DNA of 64,000 nucleotides from an uncultured Desulfobacteraceae bacterium (GTDB lineage: Bacteria; Desulfobacterota; DSM-4660; Desulfatiglandales; HGW-15). The DNA is taken from contig CAZGIZ010000001.1 of the NCBI GenBank assembly GCA_964526655.1, forward strand, positions 6,220-70,219. Reading direction: 5' to 3'. Position 1 is the first letter of the stretch, and every line of letters begins with the position of its first letter. This document shows, piece after piece, positions 57,080-64,000 of the stretch. Made by a program: the position numbers and the translations under genes. The notes under the pieces were generated by a model. The model saw nothing but the letters and a program-made list of their open reading frames with translations, did no database searches and was not told where the DNA came from.

Positions 57080-58276
57080 TTACCTTGTATCCAGGCCTTC
57101 TCCCCTGGACTGCAAGATCCTTTTGTAGACGGATAAAGTGTCCTCGGTCGTCCTTTCCCATGTCAGGTCCCTGGCCAGACTCCGGCCCCTTGCCCCCAGA
57201 TCTTTTCTGAGGTCCTTATCCATTAACCTGGACAGGGCCTCCGCAATTTCTTTGGGCTGATCAGGGTTCTCCAAGATAATCGCCTCCCTGTTTTTTATAA
57301 GCTCAGAGCTTCCCGCGTATTTTGGGCTGCTCAGGACGGTGGGCAGGCCCGCTGCCATGGCCTCCATGGGAGACATCCCCGCGGGCTCGGAAAGGGTGGG
57401 CAGTATATAGATGTCGGATATTGCATAGACATTTTCAATACCCTCAACCAGCCCGAGGAATATCACCCTGTCCTCAATCCCCAACCTCCTTGCCGCTTTT
57501 AAATATTCCCTTTGGTCTCCGCCGCCGGCAATGAGGAGTTTCGTGTCATTTCGGCTAATTAATGAGAATCCCTCAAGCAGCGCATCAAGCCCCTTTCTCT
57601 TAAACTCTGTCCCCACAAACAGGATGACCAGATCATCCTTGTCAATTCCCAGTCCTGACCGCTTGGTTTCTCGATTCTCCTCATTATAGCGCTTTTTCAT
57701 GAGGTCCATGTCAACCCCTGGATATGCCAGGCCGAAACATTTATCGGGGAGATTATAATTTTTCTGAACGTTTTTCCTTACCTTATCCGATACCGCTATC
57801 CATATCCTATTCCCGTTGTCTCTGAATTGTCTCTTCTCAAGCCACATATAGGTCATCTTTCTGGGGCTCGTAGCCACTGATACCCAGAGGATCAGCCTTT
57901 TCCACCAGATCTCCTGTTCCGTGATAAATGTCCGGAAACAGGGACAATGCACGGTCAATGTGTCAAAATGGGTGACGCGTTCGTGTGAATGGACAATATC
58001 AAAGGATTCGTCCAGATATTTGCGCGTGTAATGGGAAAAGACGAGAAGGTTCAAGACGCTGGGCCTTGTGAAATACTTTGGGATCCTGTGAAAAGTAATA
58101 TCCTCATCACCATCCCAAGACCTTTCCTGGCAAAAGACATGCACGTCATGCTGCCTGGCCAGACGGCGTGTCACCTCAACCACATACCTCTCCATGCCCC
58201 CCGTTGTGATGAAACGCCTCACGAGCACCGCGATCTTGAGTCTGTTTTTAGTTTTCACATTTTGTGGATCGTCCAC
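57080..58276 (-). CDS. glycosyltransferase family 4 (GT-B)
   Basis: 398-aa. C-terminal EP.G..P.EAMA.G.PV motif (SEPAGMSPMEAMAAGLPTV). Confidence 0.8.
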   Translation of the reverse strand: MDDPQNVKTKNRLKIAVLVRRFITTGGMERYVVEVTRRLARQHDVHVFCQERSWDGDEDITFHRIPKYFTRPSVLNLLVFSHYTRKYLDESFDIVHSHERVTHFDTLTVHCPCFRTFITEQEIWWKRLILWVSVATSPRKMTYMWLEKRQFRDNGNRIWIAVSDKVRKNVQKNYNLPDKCFGLAYPGVDMDLMKKRYNEENRETKRSGLGIDKDDLVILFVGTEFKRKGLDALLEGFSLISRNDTKLLIAGGGDQREYLKAARRLGIEDRVIFLGLVEGIENVYAISDIYILPTLSEPAGMSPMEAMAAGLPTVLSSPKYAGSSELIKNREAIILENPDQPKEIAEALSRLMDKDLRKDLGARGRSLARDLTWERTTEDTLSVYKRILQSRGEGLDTR

Positions 58277-58489
58277 TTCTTTGGCCCTTAAAATTTAATG
58301 TCGTGGCATCGTTCATAAATGTCGGCATGATGATAAATACCGTGTTTAGCCAATTTGTCCGGCTATACCTGTTGCTTCAAGACTATATCTACCTAACTCT
58401 CAGGACGTGGCCGAATATTTGAGGTTTGGCATGAATAGTTGCCGATTCTAAGGACAAACCCGAAAACTTTTCTCCCGTATTCAGAGTAT

Positions 58490-58569
58490 GCCTTGCGCCT
58501 TGTGCCCTATGCCTTACGCCTGACTTATCAATATCCCCTTGAAGAGAGACACGGTACCGGACCTCCACC
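58490..58569. repeat. dispersed intergenic repeat, copy B
   Basis: Aligns with 46613-46677 and carries an extra 14-nt unit (GTGCCCTATGCCTT). Same orientation and the same context as copy A (just downstream of a minus-strand gene). Confidence 0.7.
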
Positions 58570-58665
58570 TTTGAACTCAGAAAATAAAAAAACAACCATA
58601 GCAGAGGCATGAACCTAAATAATCAATCAAATCAACTAATTTCATGTATTGATTTAACCTGGGAT

Positions 58666-59442
58666 TCAGCCTTTATCAGGTGGATTCTCCCAACCCGATT
58701 GCGTTTCCAGGAGCTTGGCATAGCGGTAGAATGTCCCCTCAAAGTTGCCCAGGGCGATCACAAAACCTGCCCAGCCGTCGAGGAATCCCCTCTTGAGCAC
58801 ATAGATCTGGAGGAAAGAAGCCAATCCGTGGGCAAAGGCCTTGGCCATACTCCCCCTGATGTTGCGGCGTTCCAGTTTAAGTGCCCCCAGTGATGAATAG
58901 CGGTTGGCCTTTTCCATCAATTGCTCCAGGTTTCTAAAGGGGAACTGCCAGATGGGGTTTTTCAGATAACCGGCACGGCCAAGGAGCCGGTAACCTTCAT
59001 GTACCTCGTCCTCCTCCGTGAAGTTCAGGGCGGCCTTACGGAAGAGCTGGGGCTGCCTATAGTCAGGGTACCAGCCCGAGTGTCGGATCCAGCGCCCCAT
59101 GAACCAGTTTCGCCGGGGAACAAAATAGGCGTCCGCAGGAGCCGGGCCCTCTATAATCTCTCGTATCTCTGAGGCCGTCTCCGGGGTGCAGCGTTCATCC
59201 GCGTCCAGGCTGAAGATCCAGTCATGACTGCAGGCCGCAATGGCGCTGTTCCGCAGCCGGCCGAATCCTTCAAACTCTACGTTCACTATCCTTGCCCCGA
59301 GCCCCTTGGCGATCGACACCGTATTATCCGTACTGTTGGAATCAACCACAAGGATTTCATCGGCCCAGGCGATGCTCCTAATGGCGTCTTCTATTTTGGC
59401 TTCCTCATTATAGGTGAGGATGTAAACGGAAAGTCTGGACAT
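58666..59442 (-). CDS. glycosyltransferase family 2
   Basis: 258-aa. LSVYILTYNEE...VVDSNSTD...DADE is typical of the GT-A fold. Confidence 0.8.
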   Translation of the reverse strand: MSRLSVYILTYNEEAKIEDAIRSIAWADEILVVDSNSTDNTVSIAKGLGARIVNVEFEGFGRLRNSAIAACSHDWIFSLDADERCTPETASEIREIIEGPAPADAYFVPRRNWFMGRWIRHSGWYPDYRQPQLFRKAALNFTEEDEVHEGYRLLGRAGYLKNPIWQFPFRNLEQLMEKANRYSSLGALKLERRNIRGSMAKAFAHGLASFLQIYVLKRGFLDGWAGFVIALGNFEGTFYRYAKLLETQSGWENPPDKG

Positions 59443-59528
59443 GGGCGGATCCTAAAAATTGTAAAAAATTAAGTAGTTATCAGTGGGAATATAGGAAAAA
59501 GGCCATTGACTGTCAATAACAATGACCA

Positions 59529-60251
59529 CTATTCGCCTGTCCTTTTTAAGAGGATTTCATCTTCTGTCACAAGGAGGTAGAATGCCGGAGATTCGGTCCA
59601 GGCCCCGGTGTTTATGTACCTGACACCATTGAAGACCTGGTCTTCCGGCCAGTGGGTATGTCCGCAGGCAACGGCCTCAAATCCGTTTTCCAGGGCGCAG
59701 TTAGTCGCGTTCATCATTACGTTTTTACGGAGGACCTTATAGAAATATACCCACTTTTTGGCGTACTGAGCCACATGCACCGGTTTTGCCCCCAGCTTTA
59801 CCCTCAACTCATGCAGGATCTTAAAGGCCTTCATGAACGTCCGGTTCCTGGGCATTATCTCATCGAAATCGTCCCCATGGACGATTAAGAGTCTTTTTCC
59901 GATATTAAAGCGGCCCTTGAAACTGACCTTTCCGAGGCCTCCCGGGACATAGCCGTTGTCATGGTTCCCCCTTAACCATATTACCTCCTGACGATTTGAG
60001 ACCTTTTCAAGAAGGTCCATGATCCTCCTATCAGGTTCCCCCATCCTTCCATAGGGGCTATCGACAATATCTCCGTTCAGAATGAGCCTATAATCTCCAT
60101 TAAGATTTTCAAGAAACCTGCCGAATTGATTATATAAAAAATACTTTGAACCGATATGGAGATCACTGACGATGATCGTGTCTTTTGAATTGGACAATGA
60201 CTGATTCAAAACCCTTGCTCCCTTTTTTCCGGCCAGCATTCCGTATCTCAA
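59529..60251 (-). CDS. LpxH-like metallophosphoesterase (UDP-2,3-diacylglucosamine hydrolase family candidate)
   Basis: 240-aa. Motifs DLHIG, NGDIVD, GNHD, HGD and GHTH in LpxH-like order. Confidence 0.6.
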   Translation of the reverse strand: MRYGMLAGKKGARVLNQSLSNSKDTIIVSDLHIGSKYFLYNQFGRFLENLNGDYRLILNGDIVDSPYGRMGEPDRRIMDLLEKVSNRQEVIWLRGNHDNGYVPGGLGKVSFKGRFNIGKRLLIVHGDDFDEIMPRNRTFMKAFKILHELRVKLGAKPVHVAQYAKKWVYFYKVLRKNVMMNATNCALENGFEAVACGHTHWPEDQVFNGVRYINTGAWTESPAFYLLVTEDEILLKRTGE

Positions 60252-60299
60252 TGTATCGGGATTGGCGGCCTCCGAACGGGGCCGGTTAATTCAATTCCC

Positions 60300-61253
60300 T
60301 TAAAAAAGGTACTCAAGGCTGAGAAAGACCGACTTCTGGTCCGACCATACGCTCACCCCATTGTCCCAGGTGTAGTCGATGCCCCGACTATTATATAGCA
60401 AACAGTGGGAACCCTTGGTGCGAATCCTAAGGTACTCAGCCTCCATGCCGAGCGTCCAATCCGGACCCAATCCGGCCCGCAGGCCCAGGGTGCCGTGCCA
60501 GGCGTCGCCGGTAGTATCCTCCAGGGTGATGCGGTCGCCTCTCAGCAGGTGATGGTCCTCATTGTGGGCATCGACATAGGCCCAGTCCACCTGGGCCTTC
60601 AGTTCCAGCAGGGGCAGCCCCTTCTTCGGCCCTAGGTCAAATCGGCATCTGAGCCCCAGCAGATATTGCCAGTAGGTCTGTTCAAAGGTAAGTGTGTCTC
60701 CTGCCAGATAAATGGTAGGTGTCACGCCCGTGAGATCCCATTGCGTCGTGTCGTGGGCAACCAGGTCAAAGTAATGGTAGCGGACCCCCACCAGGGGAGC
60801 CAGGGAGATCCAGGCCGGCAAATTGAGCCATTCTCCAACCTGCAGGTCCACATCGGCCAGGGCTTGGTAACTGGGATCGATGCGGCACCCTGATTCCGAA
60901 TAGGTGGTTTTTATTCGGGGTAAGTTTCCGTTCTCCCAGTCCGAGTCCTTCATCATCCCGTCCGCCTCCCCGCACAGGTTGCTCAGAACTTCCAGGTTGA
61001 ACGACCAAAGGCTGGATGTCCGGCTGACCCCTATTCCGCCCCACCAGGAGTCCAGGGGAAACTCCAGACGACTTAGCGGCACTTGCCCCGGGGGAAGGGG
61101 GTTGCCAAATTCAAAGGACGTATGGGAGTTGATGAGCCTTTTCAGCTTGGCGGCCACCGACCACTGGGCCGGGACATCGGTTTGAGCCGAGACGGAAAGG
61201 GGGAGCAGAAAAATAAGGATGAATCCTAAAAGACACATCCGCAAGCGGGCCAT
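60300..61253 (-). CDS. outer-membrane beta-barrel protein, omptin (peptidase A26)-like
   Basis: 317-aa. Signal peptide ..SVSAQ and a C-terminal aromatic ..LEYLF. DSDW aligns with OmpT DQDW (Asp83/Asp85). HNEDHH..GDRIT aligns with OmpT DNDEHY..GKRIT (Asp210/His212 region). Confidence 0.5.
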   Translation of the reverse strand: MARLRMCLLGFILIFLLPLSVSAQTDVPAQWSVAAKLKRLINSHTSFEFGNPLPPGQVPLSRLEFPLDSWWGGIGVSRTSSLWSFNLEVLSNLCGEADGMMKDSDWENGNLPRIKTTYSESGCRIDPSYQALADVDLQVGEWLNLPAWISLAPLVGVRYHYFDLVAHDTTQWDLTGVTPTIYLAGDTLTFEQTYWQYLLGLRCRFDLGPKKGLPLLELKAQVDWAYVDAHNEDHHLLRGDRITLEDTTGDAWHGTLGLRAGLGPDWTLGMEAEYLRIRTKGSHCLLYNSRGIDYTWDNGVSVWSDQKSVFLSLEYLF

Positions 61254-61429
61254 GGAGTGCTCCTTTTGTACGAATTAAGGGCTGCCGTCTGCGGACTGCC
61301 CAATCATGGATCGCGGACTGCCTTTAATCGGTTAATCAAATTATAAGCACTTGATATCTCGAAGGTAAGGTATGACAAGAAGGCGATTGTTTGTCAAGGA
61401 AAAGACACCACTGCATAACGATTTCATAC

Positions 61430-61457
61430 ACACGGCGCATAAATTTATGCGCCGTGT
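61430..61457. repeat. perfect 28-bp palindrome ACACGGCGCATAAA|TTTATGCGCCGTGT
   Basis: Exact 14+14 inverted repeat with no spacer, about 180 bp upstream of the omptin-like gene start. Confidence 0.7.
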
Positions 61458-61853
61458 TGAGAAAAGCTTGAAAAATCTCCCCAAGACTTTGAAATGGCTA
61501 CCTTTTTTAAAAAAGTCCTTTCAATTTAAGTGAACTTTTAACAACTGCCTCTCGCCATTTATCATAAAAGGCAATATGGCCAAAAATAATAAATATTAAA
61601 TTGGAATGGTGTTTCACCACCTCCCGGGTTGATGTAAAAAATGATCGGACCAGGCCGATAGCCTGCCCACCCTTCTCCACCTGTCCCTTGATTTTTCTTT
61701 TTCTATTGAAAAATCCTGGATTTTATCTTTAAATAAATCTTTCTTTTCACCGATAACCAATCTCAATTCAGTAATGACAGCGTGCCAGTTCAAAAATCGT
61801 GGTTAAATTCCCGGCTTACCGCCCTGCGTGATAAAAAAAGACAAATAACCGTC

Positions 61854-61885
61854 ATTCCGGCCGCAGCGGAGCGGAGGGCCGGAAT
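61854..61885. repeat. REP-like hairpin ATTCCGGCC-N14-GGCCGGAAT
   Basis: 9-bp perfect arms. The surrounding GTCATTCCGG....CCGGAATCCAG resembles a widespread class of small bacterial palindromic repeats. Confidence 0.5.
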
Positions 61886-61990
61886 CCAGAAAAGTCGCTT
61901 TAAAAGTTCCTATTCGTTTTATTAAGTAGATACGATATTGTATCGGAAACACGCCGAAAATGTGAGATTTAAAAACCTATAAAAGGGGCA

Positions 61991-62182
61991 GTGCAAAATA
62001 TGGATGACCAAGACGAACGAATTGTATCAATTTTTAACGTGGATGAAGTCCCCGAAGTTAGCGATGAAACATTGAGGGCGTATCTTAAATTTATCAGAGA
62101 TAATGTAGATACAGCATCTGAGATAACTGACATTGAAGATTTCGAATGGGAAGAATACTATTTTCTATCATCGACACATTAA
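61991..62182 (+). CDS. small acidic hypothetical protein, possibly a truncated gene
   Basis: 63-aa. It ends abruptly just before the repeat/hairpin region. No confident family assignment. Confidence 0.3.
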   Translation: MQNMDDQDERIVSIFNVDEVPEVSDETLRAYLKFIRDNVDTASEITDIEDFEWEEYYFLSSTH

Positions 62183-62307
62183 CCGGATTTGCGTATAGTT
62201 GACTTTCCTTACCCTGAGAAGGGTCAAAGGGGCACCCCATAAGCCCTTCGGGCTTGAGACCTGTCGACGAGCTTAGGTCGAGTCGCTTAGGGCCGAAAGG
62301 TTCACGC

Positions 62308-62360
62308 CCCCCGATAAGCCGGGATCTTCGACATGCCGGTTATAGATCCCGCATCGGGGG
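62308..62360. repeat. long compound hairpin containing the recurrent CGGGATCTTCGACATGCCGGTTA motif
   Basis: Outer stem CCCCCGAT/ATCGGGGG and inner stem GC(C)GGGATCT/AGATCCCGC. The core matches 14435-14465 and 8315-8328. The left flank CCCCGATAAGCCGG also occurs at 14043-14056. Confidence 0.65.
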
Positions 62361-62470
62361 CGTACACATGCCGATTTACCAGCCTAAATCTTTCCATGAG
62401 CCTCCGGCTCATTCTCAGATTTCGCTGGCGATCCGCAGTCCATTGGGCAAATATACTCAAAGGAGGAATC

Positions 62471-62740
62471 ATGCCTGTAATCTCAATGTTCTATGGTATT
62501 ATGATCTTGATGTTTTATTTCGATAACAAGAAGCACAATCTTCCCCACATTCACGCCCAGTATGCTGAGCATGAAGCTATCATTGGAATTGACGATGGGG
62601 AAATTCTGGAAGGTAGCCTGCCGAAGCCAAAGATGAGATTGGTTCAGGCGTGGATCGAAATCCGTAGAGATGATTTGTTGGCCAACTGGAAATTGGCGGT
62701 TGAAGGCCAACAGCCTTTTAAAATAGAACCACTACGATGA
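62471..62740 (+). CDS. DUF4160 family protein
   Basis: ATG 62471 follows AGGAGG (the track ORF starts further upstream at 62333). MPVISMFYGI.I.MFY.D...H..PH.HA.Y....A...I..GEILEG.LP matches the DUF4160 signature. Confidence 0.75.
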   Translation: MPVISMFYGIMILMFYFDNKKHNLPHIHAQYAEHEAIIGIDDGEILEGSLPKPKMRLVQAWIEIRRDDLLANWKLAVEGQQPFKIEPLR

Positions 62741-62749
62741 GGTGAGAGT

Positions 62750-62980
62750 ATGGTAAAGGTCATATCTGTTGATGCGATGGACGATTATAAACTTAGAGTA
62801 GAGCTTTCAAATGGACGGAAAGGCGTATTTGACGTCTCGCCGTATATCGAAAAGGGTGTATTTGTCGAACTCAAAGACAAGGCATACTTTCGTTCTGTCA
62901 GGGCTGCTTTTGGGGGCATTATATGGCCCCATGAACAGGATTTCAGTCCTGAGACCATAGAAAATGAAATGCGAGAATGA
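62750..62980 (+). CDS. DUF2442 family protein
   Basis: 76-aa. The pattern V..V......L.V.L.NG..G..D........F..L.D...F..V......I.WP...D..PE is typical of DUF2442. Lies 9 nt after the DUF4160 gene. Confidence 0.75.
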   Translation: MVKVISVDAMDDYKLRVELSNGRKGVFDVSPYIEKGVFVELKDKAYFRSVRAAFGGIIWPHEQDFSPETIENEMRE

Positions 62981-63087
62981 TTGCCCAACTTGTCATTTCA
63001 CCGGATCGCCCAAATTGCGGGCTCCGGGTGAATTCCGCGTTGGTGTTCTGAAACTGCTTTTACGGAGTACTGTCTGGGAGATAATCC

Positions 63088-63711
63088 ATGGGCCTGCTCA
63101 GTCTGTTGCTTAAAAATCCGCTTGAGTTCATCCTTATCGCCATACCGCTCTTGTATTCCATCATTTTTCATGAGTTGGCGCATGGCTGGGTAGCCTATCT
63201 CATGGGTGATCCGACAGCCAGGTCTCTCGGCCGTCTAAGCCTAAATCCGCTCAAACACCTCGACCCTATAGGCACCATCATGCTCTTTATTTTCGGGTTT
63301 GGCTGGGCAAAGCCGGTGCCTGTGAATTTCAACCAACTGCGTAATAGGCACATGGGGATGATATTGGTCTCTTCCGCAGGGATTATCACGAACATGCTGT
63401 TGGCGTTTTGTGCCCTTTTTTTGAATCGGTTGCTGTCCCTTTCGCCGTCAAGTATACCGGCGGAGCTTCTCTATTATCTGGCGCAGATCAACATCATCCT
63501 GGCCGCTTTTAATTTGATTCCACTGCCGCCTCTCGACGGGTCTAAAATTCTTATGGGCTTCGTATCGCCAAGCGTCCAAAATTTCCTTTTCCGTCTTGAG
63601 CGGTATGGATTTTTTATTATCATTGCGCTGCTTTATTTGGGTGTTCTTAACCCTGTAATTCGCTTTTTCCAATGGATGATTCTATCGCTTATCAAACTGT
63701 TGTTGCCATAA
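63088..63711 (+). CDS. site-2 protease family (M50) membrane metallopeptidase
   Basis: 207-aa multi-TM protein. HELAHG zinc motif and the downstream NL.PLPPLDGS motif. Confidence 0.75.
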   Translation: MGLLSLLLKNPLEFILIAIPLLYSIIFHELAHGWVAYLMGDPTARSLGRLSLNPLKHLDPIGTIMLFIFGFGWAKPVPVNFNQLRNRHMGMILVSSAGIITNMLLAFCALFLNRLLSLSPSSIPAELLYYLAQINIILAAFNLIPLPPLDGSKILMGFVSPSVQNFLFRLERYGFFIIIALLYLGVLNPVIRFFQWMILSLIKLLLP

Positions 63712-63803
63712 ATGTCAGCAGGCTTTCCAGAGTTGAAGGGTTTGCCGATACTATCTTGGTGATGTGACATGTTCGTGGAATTTATAATGAAAAGAGGATA
63801 CAA

Positions 63804-64000
63804 GTGCCCGGTTTCTTAGCCAATCTTTTCGGGATTACCGCCCGCCGCCGTCAACGGCTGCGCGCTCAGCCTTTTCCGCAGGCCTGGCTTGCCATCCTCC
63901 AGAAAAATGTACCCTATTACGCAAAACTGCCGGAAGAGGACCGGAAGGAACTTGAGGGGCATATCCAGGTGTTGGTGGCGGAAAAGAACTTTGAAGGTTG
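63804..64000 (+). CDS. M90 (MtfA-like) zinc-dependent peptidase, N-terminal part (runs off the window)
   Basis: GTG 63804 follows AGAGGA. RRRQRLRAQPFPQAWLAILQKNVPYYAKLPEEDRKELEGHIQVLVAEKNFEG resembles the conserved N-terminus of MtfA-family proteins. Confidence 0.6.
   Translation, partial: MPGFLANLFGITARRRQRLRAQPFPQAWLAILQKNVPYYAKLPEEDRKELEGHIQVLVAEKNFEG

Noticed and set aside
62254-62526. ORFs (62254-62526, and the 62333 start of the DUF4160 ORF) reading through the hairpin. The shared peptide MPV(I/T)DP.. also occurs at 14445.
   Set aside because: The shared peptide is explained by the shared DNA hairpin. The true DUF4160 start is ATG 62471, directly after AGGAGG.

Overview
This 64 kb segment looks chromosomal. 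Its gene content fits an anaerobic Desulfobacterota (deltaproteobacterial) organism. That inference rests on sat, an NtrC-type sigma-54 activator, a Tat-exported molybdoenzyme and the overall gene mix, and taxonomy cannot be proven from the sequence alone.

Layout, left to right:
- 0-4.1 kb: an amidohydrolase plus a TAXI-type TRAP transporter.
- 4.6-14 kb: a VOC-family gene, then a complete xylose locus, with xylF-xylH-xylG-galM divergent from xylR-xylAB.
- 14-15.8 kb: a decayed patch with GC-rich palindromes, a 5'-truncated PIN gene and about 0.9 kb without a credible ORF.
- 15.8-32.2 kb: the most unusual part. A sensor kinase, a sigma-54 activator and a canonical -24/-12 promoter precede eleven same-strand genes plus one micro-ORF, most encoding exported or membrane proteins. 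These are a 164-aa orphan, two divergent arylsulfotransferase (ASST)-like proteins, and two ComEA-type HhH proteins that end in Cys. There is also an internally duplicated membrane-anchored orphan of about 955 aa, a YeiH/PSE-family membrane protein, a 54-aa micro-ORF and a USP-like protein. The set ends with a Tat-dependent molybdopterin oxidoreductase and its 4-cluster FeS subunit, with no membrane anchor or cytochrome. I do not recognise this combination as a described system.
- 32.2-64 kb: mostly housekeeping genes. These include MBL hydrolases, tRNA-Leu(UAG), a LysM protein, dprA, topA, sat, polyprenyl synthase, rimO, cca, an OYE flavoenzyme, an AI-2E transporter, fbp, a radical SAM enzyme, BI-1, an M48 protease and envelope glycosyltransferases. 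Also present are a eukaryote-type PFK-2/FBPase-2 homolog, an omptin-like outer-membrane protein, a DUF4160/DUF2442 pair, an M50 protease and a partial M90 peptidase.

Several short repeat and hairpin families recur in intergenic regions. I saw no CRISPR array, rRNA, intact transposase or integrase.
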